Shown: positions 36,767-47,337, counted from the stretch's first letter. The stretch is DNA of 64,000 bases from an uncultured Methanosarcinales archaeon (GCA_964438385.1 CAYTKI010000002.1:2219-66218), one strand, 5' to 3'. Numbers and translations: made by a program. Notes: generated by a model not told the origin, from the letters alone.

Positions 36767-37321
36767 CTATTTCTTCTCTCTCTTTCCAACATGCGACCTA
36801 TGCGAGAAATAGTTCGCAAGCGCAATGAGCAGTATGCTCACGGCAAGGTAGAGGATGCTCAATGGCTCCTTGAACTCAAGCACCACGACCTTCTTGAAGA
36901 AATACACCATGAGGATGATAACGATGACCTTGGTGAGCACCGCCTTCAATTCCTCAAGAGAGTGAAAGGTGAGCCATTTGGGGTAGATGCTCTTCCCGGC
37001 CTTTCCGTTTTTCCCATTGCCCTTGATGACATCAATCTCGCTGATGAACAGCTCATAAATGCCAAGCGAGATGATGATGAGGATGATGCCGAGCAAAAAC
37101 TCGTCAAGCGAGGAGATGAGGTGCACAATCACCACGTTTGGCTCAATCTCTGAGTGGGTGCTGAGGGATTCTGTGATTTCCCGCACTGCCTTAACGGTGC
37201 TCTCAATGCCGAGAAAAAACGCGACCAATGAGGAGGCAAGAAGCGAGATGACTGCAATCAGAATGACAAAGCGGAAATTCCAAAGCCATTTCTCAAATAC
37301 CTCTTCGAGCTTGTTTGCCAT
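36767..37321 (-). CDS. YqhA (UPF0114) family membrane protein
   Basis: LD.FL.GIIL.I.SLGIYELFIS, SLEELK..L.KVIVII. Confidence 0.85.
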   Translation of the reverse strand: MANKLEEVFEKWLWNFRFVILIAVISLLASSLVAFFLGIESTVKAVREITESLSTHSEIEPNVVIVHLISSLDEFLLGIILIIISLGIYELFISEIDVIKGNGKNGKAGKSIYPKWLTFHSLEELKAVLTKVIVIILMVYFFKKVVVLEFKEPLSILYLAVSILLIALANYFSHRSHVGKREKK

Positions 37322-37362
37322 GGGACTTCGAAAGAAAGTGACTATAAAAAGATTGCCATAAT

Positions 37363-37785
37363 CTACTGCTCCTCATCCTTTTCGGGCGCTTTTAGCTGCT
37401 TTCTCCCCATGGCCTCCGAAACGATGCTCTCAACCTCTCCCTGCGTGACGAACTTGATTGGGTTCCACATCGAGATGTAGCGCTCTAGCACCTTGACATC
37501 ATCCTGCCTTGCAAGGGACTGCATCTCCTTGAGCACAAGCGCCATCTTATCGCGCATCTCATGCAGTTCCCTTCTCAACTCGTTGATGTCGGAAGTGAGC
37601 GCCTTGAATTCCGTTGCCGAATGCCGGTTCTTAACAAGGATGTTCTCCTCGGTCACCTGCACAATCTTGCGCAGGTTGGTGTGGCTCTGCTCAATGGTGC
37701 GGACCCTCCTTTCAATAGACGAGAGATCAATTGGCGCGAACTGCTCTTGCGCAGGGGGGCTTTGCTTGGAGAAAGTGATTCCCAT
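37363..37785 (-). CDS. Coiled-coil hypothetical protein, divergent from the pilus ATPase operon
   Basis: Heptad-rich with a C-terminal LERYISMWNPIKFVT. Confidence 0.75.
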   Translation of the reverse strand: MGITFSKQSPPAQEQFAPIDLSSIERRVRTIEQSHTNLRKIVQVTEENILVKNRHSATEFKALTSDINELRRELHEMRDKMALVLKEMQSLARQDDVKVLERYISMWNPIKFVTQGEVESIVSEAMGRKQLKAPEKDEEQ

Positions 37786-37960
37786 GGGGATGCCATGGAA
37801 AGGGATATATTAAAGGTTATGTGAGTATGGGGAAGTGGTGTTGCGCAAAAACCAAAAGATTTAAAAGGGAAATAACATAAAATGTATATTAAATTAGTTT
37901 ATATATTTGCTATATTAAATATATTTTATATTATAATGGAAAATATGGTGTATCCATAAG

Positions 37961-38101
37961 ATGAAAAAGCCCATCAGCGCGACCATTGAGGAAGAGCTCA
38001 TCTCCTGGATAGAGTCAGAGGTTGATGGCAGCAAATTCCGAAACAAGTCCCACCTCATAGAAGTCGCCCTCCAGAACATGCGCAAGGGGGTGAAGAAATA
38101 A
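37961..38101 (+). CDS. Small ribbon-helix-helix (CopG-like) protein, 46 aa
   Basis: MKKPISATIEEELISWIESEVDGSKFRNKSHLIEVAL. Too short for the ORF track. Its TAA overlaps the ATG of the next gene. Confidence 0.78.
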   Translation: MKKPISATIEEELISWIESEVDGSKFRNKSHLIEVALQNMRKGVKK

Positions 38102-40407
38102 TGGCGCTCTTCGGCGATTCGAAAAAACCCTTCTCCTATGATATCATTAGGGAAGGCGATGACACCATTCTCTCAGTTGATATGGAGCAATACCCTTTGG
38201 TGCCTTCCATTGAAGATGATCCCATCTGCATGTCGCGCACAATCGATCTCCTTGCCGAGGCGGGAATAATTACCAAAGTGGTGTTTGCGCAGAAGCGCAA
38301 CTATGAATACAATTTCTCCCAGACAAGCATGCTTCGGGAGTTTGGCCTTCTCTTCAAGCAGCTTTCAAAGGGCAAAGGGGCATCGCCAGCGTTTGCGTTG
38401 CTTGGCGATGTTGCGTGCTCGCGTTATGTTGCCCCGTGGTATACTTTCATCCAAAATATAATCGCAGACCAAATCAAGAAGGATCCTGTCGGCGCTTATC
38501 TCGATTTGAAAAGGGAGATGAGGGATGAGCGCATTACTATTGACAAGTCTGCAGACCAGCAGTTCGTCAGCTGCAGCCGTAAATACCTTGCAGCCCTCCA
38601 GTATCTCTCAGGTCTTCTTGAGCGCACAAAGCTCATTTCGGCAGCACAGCCCTTCCTTGCCGGATACAAGGTTGGCGAGCGGGACGTCTATCGCCGGCTC
38701 TTCGCCCCCGAAATACGCCCGGATTTCATGTTTACAAAGCTCATGGCAAATTTTCCCGCTGATGGTGAGGAGATTGACAGCTATTCCATTGACAAGAATA
38801 CCGAGGTCACCATTTTCAAGCTCCCTGACACCGTGCATTACCTCTATCATCTCTCACCTCCGGAATTCAAGCTTGATGAGGCAAAGTATGAGATCCTAGA
38901 CAGCGCCCGAAAAATCCTCTCGGAGCATAAGCCCACTAAGACCGAGTTTGTCAATCCTGAGCGCATGCGCGAGGTCTTCTCAAACATCGGAGCTGACCTT
39001 ATTGAGGAGCTCGCATCGTACCGAAACCTGAAAATGTCCTCCAAGGATATCGAAGAGTTGACAAAAATTCTGGTCAGGTACAGTGTGGGCTTCGGGCTCA
39101 TCGAAGTGCTCTTGCAGGACGAGCGCGTACAGGACATTACCATCAACTCTCCCATGGGCGAGATTCCCATGTTCATTGTGCACCAGGATTACACGGACTG
39201 CAAGACCAATATTATCCCAACAAGGACTGACGCGGAGTCGTGGGCATCAAAACTCCGCCTGATTTCAGGAAGCCCGCTGGACGAGGCAAATCCCATTCTG
39301 GATTCTGAGCTCCTCATTCCCGGCGCAAACGCAAGGGTTGCGGCAATTACCGCCCCTCTCAATCCCACGGGACTTGCATTTGCTTTGCGCAGGCATCGGG
39401 ACAAGCCGTGGACCCTTCCATTATTCGTCAAGAACCGCATGCTCACTTCTCTCGCGGCAGGCATCATATCATTCGTGGTGGATGGGGCGCGCACCATGCT
39501 TGTCGCAGGGACAAGAAGCGCGGGAAAGACTGCATTGCTCGGAGCAGTTCTTGTGGAGCTCATGCGCAAGTACCGCGTCATCACAATTGAGGATACTTTG
39601 GAGCTTCCGACCAAGGCGCTCAGGGATTATGGATACAATATACAATCGATGAAGGTCGCAGCAGCTCTCACCAAGGGCTCTGCGGATGTCTCTGCCGAGG
39701 AAGGCATCCGCACAACGCTAAGGATGGGGGATTCAGCCCTCATAGTGGGCGAAATCAGGAGCAGGGAAGCGCTGGCATTGTATGAGGCAATGCGCATCGG
39801 TGCCTTGGCAAACATTGTAGCGGGCACCATCCACGGAGATTCTCCTTATGGCGTCTTTGATCGCGTGGTCAATGATCTTGGCGTTCCCAGGACATCGTTC
39901 AAGGCGACTGATATTATCATCGTCGCAAACCCCATCCGAACCGCTGATGGGTTGCGCCGCTGGAGGAGGGTGACTCAGATAACGGAAGTGAGAAAGCAAT
40001 GGACAAATGATCCGCTGGAAGAAAACGGCTTTGTTGATTTGATGAAGTATGATGCTAAAGTGGATGAGTTGGTTCCCACCGAAGACTTGATTCATGGGGA
40101 TTCTGACATTCTAAAGGGAATAGCTGCAAATGTCAAGGACTGGGCAGGCAACTGGGATTCTGTATGGGATAATATTCTTTTGCGCGCAAAAATCAAGCAG
40201 ACTATGGTGGATATTGCCACAAAGACCAACAACTGGGATCTGATTGAAGCGGAATTCGTAATCCAAAGCAATGATCAGTTCCACAAGATCTCAGATACGG
40301 TAAAGGAAGAGGTGGGCAGTCTTGATTGTGACAAGATATATTTTGAATGGAACGAATGGTTCAAAAGGCATATCAAGAAAACAGTCATCAGGCAGCAGTT
40401 GAATTAA
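38101..40407 (+). CDS. Type IV pilus/Tad (VirB11/FlaI-like) secretion ATPase
   Basis: VQDITIN, FALRRH, Walker A GTRSAGKT, TIEDTLEL, LIVGEIR, GTIHG. Confidence 0.92.
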   Translation: MALFGDSKKPFSYDIIREGDDTILSVDMEQYPLVPSIEDDPICMSRTIDLLAEAGIITKVVFAQKRNYEYNFSQTSMLREFGLLFKQLSKGKGASPAFALLGDVACSRYVAPWYTFIQNIIADQIKKDPVGAYLDLKREMRDERITIDKSADQQFVSCSRKYLAALQYLSGLLERTKLISAAQPFLAGYKVGERDVYRRLFAPEIRPDFMFTKLMANFPADGEEIDSYSIDKNTEVTIFKLPDTVHYLYHLSPPEFKLDEAKYEILDSARKILSEHKPTKTEFVNPERMREVFSNIGADLIEELASYRNLKMSSKDIEELTKILVRYSVGFGLIEVLLQDERVQDITINSPMGEIPMFIVHQDYTDCKTNIIPTRTDAESWASKLRLISGSPLDEANPILDSELLIPGANARVAAITAPLNPTGLAFALRRHRDKPWTLPLFVKNRMLTSLAAGIISFVVDGARTMLVAGTRSAGKTALLGAVLVELMRKYRVITIEDTLELPTKALRDYGYNIQSMKVAAALTKGSADVSAEEGIRTTLRMGDSALIVGEIRSREALALYEAMRIGALANIVAGTIHGDSPYGVFDRVVNDLGVPRTSFKATDIIIVANPIRTADGLRRWRRVTQITEVRKQWTNDPLEENGFVDLMKYDAKVDELVPTEDLIHGDSDILKGIAANVKDWAGNWDSVWDNILLRAKIKQTMVDIATKTNNWDLIEAEFVIQSNDQFHKISDTVKEEVGSLDCDKIYFEWNEWFKRHIKKTVIRQQLN

Positions 40408-40501
40408 GCAATTGATAAGCCAAGGGAAGTGGGCAAATAGCATAATTCAATTGCAGATAAAAAAGTGGATATATTATTATAATCATAAAAAGAGGTGAAA
40501 G

Positions 40502-42685
40502 GTGCCAAGTGTAGAGGAGCAGCTGCGTCTGCGTAATTTAATAGACCTATACAAGCGCAACCTGGAGCGGGAGCTTGGGGTGAATGTGGAGAAATCCACA
40601 CAGGTGAACTCGCGCGAGTATCAGCAGTTCAAGCGGGAGTTCATGCCTGCCCACTTGAGCTGGTACGAAAAGGCATGCAACCTTAGCGAAAAGCTCTTGC
40701 GGGTAAAACCAGACACCAAACAGGCAGAAGATCTGCAGGAGTCAATCACCGTCTGCCATCTTGGGATCACCCCGTCAGGAGCCATTTCGTTCTCCTTTCT
40801 TGCCCCTCTCCTCATCGTCTTAATCGGATCGCTTTTCTCCTATGCGCTTTTCCAGTCCACCTTCTTCATCATCCTTTTCCTCATCCTCGGCGCGACGCTT
40901 GTGAAGGTGTTTGCGAAAGTCCCTGAATTCCTTGCAAACAATTGGCGCCTTTCGGCAAGCAACCAGATGGTGCTCTCCATTTTCTACGTGGTGACCTACA
41001 TGCGCCACACCCCGAATCTTGAGAACGCGATCATCTTTGCGGCAGACCATCTTGCGCCACCTCTTGCGCTTGATCTCAAGAAAGTGAGCTGGGATGTGGA
41101 AACGGAGAAATACCCCTCGCTCAAGGAGTCCCTGGATGCGTATCTTGAGACCTGGAAGAAATGGAACATGGAGTTTATCGAGGCGTTCCACCTCATAGAG
41201 TCCTCGCTGTATGAGGGCGATGATGCCCGCCGGCTCAATACCCTCGATAAGGCATTGGATGTCATCCTCGATGAGACCTATGAGAAGATGCTGCACTATG
41301 CCCATAATCTCCAGAACCCAATCACCATGCTCCACATGCTTGGCGTCATCATGCCAATTCTGGGACTTGTGATTTTGCCGCTCGTTGTGAGTTTCACCCA
41401 GAACGCGAAATGGTACCATATCGCCCTGCTCTATAACGTTGTGCTGCCCATTTTAGTCTATTATCTGGGCAAGAACATCCTCTCCAAGCGCCCAACCGGC
41501 TATGGCGACACGGACATCTCGGAGGAGAATCCAGAGCTGAAGAAATACAAATACATTGTGCTCAACCTTGGCGGAGTGGAAGTGCAGATGAGCCCATTGG
41601 TTGTGAGCAGTGTTGTGTTCATGGTCTGCTTCTTCATCGGCATCTCTCCTTTGCTCATGCATTTCCTCGGCATCCCTGATTTTGGCTTCGGAGGAGAGGA
41701 TGTGCACAGCCAGTGCGGCTCAAGCTTTTGCATGCTAGAGTATAAAGAGAATGTGGAGACCGGGCAGATAATCGGCCCATTTGGTTTGGGGGCTGCGCTC
41801 ATCAGTTTGTTTGTTCCGCTGAGTTTCGGCCTTCTCATCGGCATCTATTATCGCCTGCGCTCAAAGGACGTCATCAAGATTCGGAACCGGGCAAAGCAGC
41901 TGGAAATGGAGTTTGCAGCTGCCCTCTTCCAGCTGGGCAACCGGCTTGGGGACAATCTTCCGGTTGAGATTGCGGTGGAAAAAGTGGCCTCAGGCATGGA
42001 AGGCACCATATCTGGGAATTTCTTTCGTCTGGTGAGCATGAACCAGCGCAGGATGGGTATGGGTATTGAAGATGCCATCTTCGACCCAAAGCACGGAGCG
42101 CTTGTGCAGTTCCCTTCTAGCATGATAGAAAGCTCGATGAAAGTCCTCACGCAAAGCATCAAGAAAGGTCCAAGGATTGCTGCCCAGGCATTGACAAACG
42201 TCTCGCGCTACATTAAGGAGATCCACAAGGTGGACGAGCGGCTAAAAGACATCATGGCAGACATCATCTCCTCCATGAAATCGCAGATAAGTTTTTTGGC
42301 TCCTGCAATTGCAGGCGTTGTCATTGGCATAACCTCCATGGTAACAACCATCTTAAGCAAGCTCGGCCAGCAGCTAAAAGAAGTGACCACAAGTGTCGGA
42401 ACAGACGCGGCAGTGGCCCCTACCGGCTTGATTAATATTTTCGGGGATGGCATTCCGACGTTCCATTTCCAAATCATTGTGGGAATCTATGTTGTGCAGA
42501 TTGTCTATATTCTCACCATCATGGCGAATGGCATTGAGAACGGGGCTGATAAGCTCAATGAGGAATACCTTCTCGGAGTGAACATGATTAGGAGCACACT
42601 ACTCTACATCTTCATCGCGCTTGCGGTCATGATCGCCTTCAATATGATCGCGGGGAAGATACTGACATCAACGCTTGCGGGGTGA
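40502..42685 (+). CDS. TadB/TadC (FlaJ-like) membrane platform protein
   Basis: Duplicated T2SSF-like regions and multiple TM segments; follows the ATPase. Confidence 0.85.
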   Translation: MPSVEEQLRLRNLIDLYKRNLERELGVNVEKSTQVNSREYQQFKREFMPAHLSWYEKACNLSEKLLRVKPDTKQAEDLQESITVCHLGITPSGAISFSFLAPLLIVLIGSLFSYALFQSTFFIILFLILGATLVKVFAKVPEFLANNWRLSASNQMVLSIFYVVTYMRHTPNLENAIIFAADHLAPPLALDLKKVSWDVETEKYPSLKESLDAYLETWKKWNMEFIEAFHLIESSLYEGDDARRLNTLDKALDVILDETYEKMLHYAHNLQNPITMLHMLGVIMPILGLVILPLVVSFTQNAKWYHIALLYNVVLPILVYYLGKNILSKRPTGYGDTDISEENPELKKYKYIVLNLGGVEVQMSPLVVSSVVFMVCFFIGISPLLMHFLGIPDFGFGGEDVHSQCGSSFCMLEYKENVETGQIIGPFGLGAALISLFVPLSFGLLIGIYYRLRSKDVIKIRNRAKQLEMEFAAALFQLGNRLGDNLPVEIAVEKVASGMEGTISGNFFRLVSMNQRRMGMGIEDAIFDPKHGALVQFPSSMIESSMKVLTQSIKKGPRIAAQALTNVSRYIKEIHKVDERLKDIMADIISSMKSQISFLAPAIAGVVIGITSMVTTILSKLGQQLKEVTTSVGTDAAVAPTGLINIFGDGIPTFHFQIIVGIYVVQIVYILTIMANGIENGADKLNEEYLLGVNMIRSTLLYIFIALAVMIAFNMIAGKILTSTLAG

Positions 42686-42722
42686 GGGAAAGGTGCAATA
42701 AGAGAAGACCAGTATCCAATAT

Positions 42723-42974
42723 TCATTTCTTGTAGATATTCTCAATCCACCTTCTCCTAAAGAAAGGCAGTGTCAATGTGGAGAAGAGAAATCCAACTGT
42801 CGGCACAAGCGCAGTAAGCCATGGCCTAGGCGCTCCAATGGTCCAGAGGAAGATGACTGCCACCAAATATGTGGCGAGCGCGATAATTGCCCTTCGTGTT
42901 TTGCTGATTTCCCGTGCCTTGTCCAGTTCGACTTTTCTGTTTCGTTCCTGGAGTTCAGATAAGTCTCTGTGCAT
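42723..42974 (-). CDS. Small membrane hypothetical protein
   Basis: Two TM segments. Start moved to M27 because the upstream part of the track ORF overlaps the tRNA. Confidence 0.5.
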   Translation of the reverse strand: MHRDLSELQERNRKVELDKAREISKTRRAIIALATYLVAVIFLWTIGAPRPWLTALVPTVGFLFSTLTLPFFRRRWIENIYKK

Positions 42975-43022
42975 ATGATAATGAAGTAGTTTGGATATTA
43001 AAAAGGTTATCAAAAAAATAAA

Positions 43023-43136
43023 TGGGGACGGGGAAATTTGAATTCCCGACAACTACGTGCCTAAGAGGCTGAACTTCTTCAGCGTACTGAGCTGCATTCA
43101 TCATGCATGTGCTCTCCCAGGCTGAGCTACGTCCCC
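43023..43136 (-). tRNA. tRNA-Phe(GAA) with two introns (27/28: 43087-43108; 37/38: 43059-43076)
   Basis: Removing 22 + 18 nt gives a 74-nt cloverleaf: GGGGACG..GCTC/GAGC..CTACG-CTGAAGA-CGTAG..GGGAA-TTCAAAT-TTCCC-CGTCCCC-A. Confidence 0.85.
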
Positions 43137-43195
43137 AAGTAAGGCGAAGTTGCTCTAGATGATTTAAATAAGTTATGGTTTAAGAAAAACACGGG

Positions 43196-43603
43196 CTAAA
43201 TCACATCTTCCTCATCATCAATCAGCGCGCCATCAAGCATTTCATCTCCCTTTTGCGGCTTAGCAGCTGGCTTTGCCACTTGGGCATCTTCCTTTTTGTG
43301 CTTCTCCGGGTCTTCTGGGACGACTTCAATTGTGCCAAATCGTCCGGTGGAAACCTGAAGTTCACCCTGCCATTCAGAAACATAGCCGTTGGTTATCTTG
43401 ATATGATCGCCGCCCTTGACCTTTTCAATCTCATCGTTCCAAAGCGTGATTTTTACATCTCCCGTCCCATCCTTCCCGACAGCAGTGGAAACCCTTCCGG
43501 GCTTGCCGAATTTCTGGAACTCGCGCGCGGGACCGACATCAAGGATGTCAAGCTCAATATTCACATTCCCCTGTTTTGGCTGCAGTTCTTTGACAGTTGT
43601 CAT
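43196..43603 (-). CDS. ssb: Single OB-fold ssDNA-binding protein with acidic tail
   Basis: DGTGDVKITLWNDE, NGYVSEWQGELQV; D/E-rich C-terminus. Confidence 0.88.
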   Translation of the reverse strand: MTTVKELQPKQGNVNIELDILDVGPAREFQKFGKPGRVSTAVGKDGTGDVKITLWNDEIEKVKGGDHIKITNGYVSEWQGELQVSTGRFGTIEVVPEDPEKHKKEDAQVAKPAAKPQKGDEMLDGALIDDEEDVI

Positions 43604-43657
43604 AGTGGCTCAAGATCAGTAATTTTTAATGGTGTCTTTAAGGGAGGTATATATGCA

Positions 43658-45187
43658 TCATTTAATAATTTTTCCTACTTCCCCAAGCGTCGCCCCATCA
43701 ATAAGATTCCTCAGGGTATCACGGATGCCATCCATAGGAACCCGTGCCTGCTTGGTCGAGTCCCTTTCCCGAATGGTGACAGTTCCATCTTCCAGCCCGT
43801 CAAAATCAACCGTGATGCAGAAAGGTGTGCCTGCCTCATCGTTTCGAGCGTATCTTCTTCCGACAGTGCCGGATTGGTCATAAGTGCAGGGGAATTCCTT
43901 GGATAATTCATTGAAGAGTTCCTTTGCCTTGGTGATGAGCTGTTCCTTATTGACTAGTGGAAATATGCCTGCCTTGATAGGCGCCAATTTTGGATGAAGA
44001 TGTAATACTACATTCTCCCGCTGCAAATCAAGATCGTAGGCGTCAAAGAGAAAGACAAGAAATGCCCGCTCCACGCCCTGTGCCGGCTCGCATATCACGT
44101 GAGGGATCACTTTTTTCTTGGTCTCCTCATCAAAGATGCCAAGGTCTGCCTTTGAATGCTTCATGTGCTGCGTGAGATCAAAATCAGTCCGATTCGCAAA
44201 TCCCTGCAATTCTTTCCATCCAAAGGGGAATTTATACTCAAGATCCCAGGTGTCAAGCGCGTAATGGCTCAGCTCATCTTTCACGTGCTGGCGTATCCTG
44301 AAATGATCGGCCTTGGCGCCAAGGGTGATGAACCATTTGTGCATGGTTGCCATCCAATAGCCATGCCAGGGAGTCTTGATGATATGATTTTTGAGGGCAT
44401 CCCGTATGGACATCTTTTGCATGTCCTTTCCGCCCTTTTGCATTGGTTCCGAGTAGATATTAAGTTCGTGATCCACCACTTCATGTATAAAAGGGCACAC
44501 CGCATATTTCTCGGGGTGGACAAAATACTCAATTTCCATAAGCTCAAATTCCCGCATCCGGAAAAGAAAATCCCTTGGGGAGATTTCGTTCCGATATGCC
44601 TTCCCTATCTGCGCGATGCCAAAAGGCAGCTTGAGCCGCGCGTTTTCAGAGATGAGACGAAAATCAGCGAACATGAGCTGCGCGGTCTCCGGCCGCAGAT
44701 AGGCAATCGACGTTTCTGTCTTAATAGGCCCAACAGTCGTGTCAAACATGAGATTGAATTTTTTTGGTTCGCCAAGTGTTGCGTTTCCGCACTTTGGGCA
44801 CTTGATGCCCTTCTCCTTTATGAGATTTCCAAGCTCCGAAGCGTCCATTCCCGCTGTTTGCAACTTGAGCTTATCCTCAATCAGGTAATCTGCCCTATGG
44901 CGCGCATTGCATTTACTGCACTCCACAAGAACATCGGAAAAGCCGCCCACATGCCCTGATGCCTTCCAGACCTGGGGATGGGTGATGATTGAGCCGTCCA
45001 TACCAGCAATATCCCCCCTGCCATGCACAAAGCTCTTCCACCACTGCTGCTTGATATTGTTTTTAAGCTCAACGCCTAGGGGACCAAAATCGAAAAAGCC
45101 GGAAAGCCCGCCATATATCTCCGCAGTTGGATAGACAAAACCCTTGCGCTTGCAGAAGGTAGCCATCTCCTCTATCGTTATCGTCAT
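43658..45187 (-). CDS. glyS: Glycyl-tRNA synthetase (alpha2 type)
   Basis: DFGPLG, YLRPETAQ, FRMREFELME, G.ERAF, anticodon domain. Confidence 0.96.
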   Translation of the reverse strand: MTITIEEMATFCKRKGFVYPTAEIYGGLSGFFDFGPLGVELKNNIKQQWWKSFVHGRGDIAGMDGSIITHPQVWKASGHVGGFSDVLVECSKCNARHRADYLIEDKLKLQTAGMDASELGNLIKEKGIKCPKCGNATLGEPKKFNLMFDTTVGPIKTETSIAYLRPETAQLMFADFRLISENARLKLPFGIAQIGKAYRNEISPRDFLFRMREFELMEIEYFVHPEKYAVCPFIHEVVDHELNIYSEPMQKGGKDMQKMSIRDALKNHIIKTPWHGYWMATMHKWFITLGAKADHFRIRQHVKDELSHYALDTWDLEYKFPFGWKELQGFANRTDFDLTQHMKHSKADLGIFDEETKKKVIPHVICEPAQGVERAFLVFLFDAYDLDLQRENVVLHLHPKLAPIKAGIFPLVNKEQLITKAKELFNELSKEFPCTYDQSGTVGRRYARNDEAGTPFCITVDFDGLEDGTVTIRERDSTKQARVPMDGIRDTLRNLIDGATLGEVGKIIK

Positions 45188-45219
45188 GGGATTAGAAGGT
45201 TATTGGCTTTATTTAAATG

Positions 45220-45744
45220 TTATGAGGGAGGGGGACTTTGACCAATGGAAGATCCAAATAATTTTCTCTTGTAATCTATACGCATGCGTACCCATGAACC
45301 AAAAGCGCCAGGAATCAGATAGCCAATTAAAAAAGATGCCAAAGGGGGGATATAATCAAGTTTGAGGAGAGAGTAATGAAAAATAAATTTTAATGAATTA
45401 CCGGCAATGCTTCCTTTTACGTTGGAAATAGTGAGTTTTTTTGAGTAGTCCAAGGGTGAATATTGGGATATATGGCCGAAGTTATAGCGATGATAGATAA
45501 GCAGATTTGCAGCCAAATTGGTTGTAGTTTTTATAATGACAGTCGTTGCAGCATTGACCAATTCTCCCATTCCGTGAGAAGACATAAAATATGTTGCAGT
45601 TCCGGCTGCCAAATATCCTGCAGCCGATGCGCCGGTAATTGAAGTGAAATAGCGCAGGTTTTCCCTTGTTAATGCCAGTTGAAGAAAGGCATTTTTCTGA
45701 GAGAAATCATATGCTTTTTGAATAATGTCAGAGAGTGATAACAC
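45220..45744 (-). CDS. Membrane hypothetical protein
   Basis: 174-aa ORF filling the gap, with hydrophobic segments. Confidence 0.55.
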   Translation of the reverse strand: MLSLSDIIQKAYDFSQKNAFLQLALTRENLRYFTSITGASAAGYLAAGTATYFMSSHGMGELVNAATTVIIKTTTNLAANLLIYHRYNFGHISQYSPLDYSKKLTISNVKGSIAGNSLKFIFHYSLLKLDYIPPLASFLIGYLIPGAFGSWVRMRIDYKRKLFGSSIGQSPPPS

Positions 45745-45787
45745 TATAGGATAGGGAGAGAGAAGGAACTTAAAAATCCTATGAAAA

Positions 45788-47005
45788 TTAAGGCATGGTT
45801 TTTTTCAGCCACCCAACTTCCTCCTCATCCAAATCAAGCTCCTCAATGAGCTTTGGCTGCAGTGCCTTGTTTTTGCTGAAGAGGTAGGTGAAATAAGGCA
45901 TCGTGCTTTTCAGCGCTTCCCGAGCAGAAGTGTGTGTCCGCTCGGCGATCTTCTCTGCGATCGCCTTCTTCTTCATGGATTTCTGCTTCGCCCACCACAA
46001 TTTGAGGATGCGCCCAGTCGGCTTGTATTCCACAAAACCGGGATATTTTTCATCCTTCGCGACGGCAACCCCCCCTGAAAGAAAGGCATTCGCATACACA
46101 AGGAAGCGGTAGTGCTGCCACCTGCGAATGCGGCGATTGAAGACATCCGCCTTCGAGAGCGCATCATAGGCCCGCGCAAGGTCTGCCGGGTTTATGTATT
46201 CCTTTGGCAAGTTCTCATCAAGCCAGAGCATGCGCTCATTCACGTCCTCATCAACCGCGTCAAATGCCTTTAATGCGACCTCAAGTGAGGTGGTTTTGAG
46301 AATTTTTTGCAGCGCGGAGATGATGGTCTCAGTCCTGTCGCGATCGCTTAGCTCTTCTACAGCTTCCTTGGTCACTGCTTTGCTGATGATAGAAATAACC
46401 TGCAGGTTGTTGATGGCGGCCCGTGCGTCCCCTCCTGCCCTGCGTGCAAGTGTCTTTAGTGAATCTTCATCATAGATTATTTTTTCAATGCCGCAGATTG
46501 TCTTGAGAATGGCAGTTATGGTGGCAGGGGAGAGCTCGGAGAATTCTATCAAGGAAGATTTTGAGCGCAGCGAGCTGAGTTTGTTGTCAAAGGGGTTGGT
46601 CGCAGTGAGAACAATGGGAAATGTTGTTGATTCGATTTGTCTCACAAGCTCCTGCACTCCCCCCCTATCTTGATTTCCTGCAAGGCCATCTATCTCATCG
46701 ATGAGAATGAGTTTTTTTCGGAAGAAAAGGCTCTGCTGCCCAATCGCCCCGCCAACTATTGAGGAGATACCTTCCGCATTGCGAAAGTCAGAGGCATTCA
46801 CCTCGATGATCTCAAGGTTGTGCTCATGCGCAATCGCATAGACCGCACTAGTTTTTCCCGATCCGCTCGGGCCGTAGATGAGTGCCGCTTTCTTCTTCTG
46901 GCTCTTAAAGTCCCTAATGAATAGGGAGAGCTTGCGTAGCGGCTCATCCTGTCCGATAATCTCTTTGGTGCTTCTTGGGCAGTGGCGGTCGATGAAGGGT
47001 TTCAT
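45788..47005 (-). CDS. rfcL: Replication factor C large subunit
   Basis: P..TKEIIGQ, GPSGSGKT, EVNASD, LIDEIDG, GDARAAIN. Confidence 0.93.
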   Translation of the reverse strand: MKPFIDRHCPRSTKEIIGQDEPLRKLSLFIRDFKSQKKKAALIYGPSGSGKTSAVYAIAHEHNLEIIEVNASDFRNAEGISSIVGGAIGQQSLFFRKKLILIDEIDGLAGNQDRGGVQELVRQIESTTFPIVLTATNPFDNKLSSLRSKSSLIEFSELSPATITAILKTICGIEKIIYDEDSLKTLARRAGGDARAAINNLQVISIISKAVTKEAVEELSDRDRTETIISALQKILKTTSLEVALKAFDAVDEDVNERMLWLDENLPKEYINPADLARAYDALSKADVFNRRIRRWQHYRFLVYANAFLSGGVAVAKDEKYPGFVEYKPTGRILKLWWAKQKSMKKKAIAEKIAERTHTSAREALKSTMPYFTYLFSKNKALQPKLIEELDLDEEEVGWLKKTMP

Positions 47006-47052
47006 ATATTGGATGAATGAGTAACACTATATTAATGTTTCAGATAAACGTT

Positions 47053-47337
47053 TTATTCATAATAAGGGGTTATAGCGTAACGTACATTATTGTGTCTCTG
47101 TTGAACTGCAGCGACTATTGTTGGCAGTCTTCCATGTGCATCTTGGCTAAGCAGCAATTCAAGTTTTCTCAATTGAAGATGTTCGCGAGGATTGCCCTCT
47201 CTACGATAATAACCTGCCAATCTGTCATGAACATTTCTTGCAATACCTGCATCCTTAAATTGTGCAACATATGCAAAGGACATATTCTTCCTCCAAGTTT
47301 TTTCTTGAAGCATATCCGTAGAACAATCAAGAATCAT
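47053..47337 (-). CDS. Hypothetical protein
   Basis: ORF in the gap upstream of rfcL; no motif. Confidence 0.35.
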   Translation of the reverse strand: MILDCSTDMLQEKTWRKNMSFAYVAQFKDAGIARNVHDRLAGYYRREGNPREHLQLRKLELLLSQDAHGRLPTIVAAVQQRHNNVRYAITPYYE

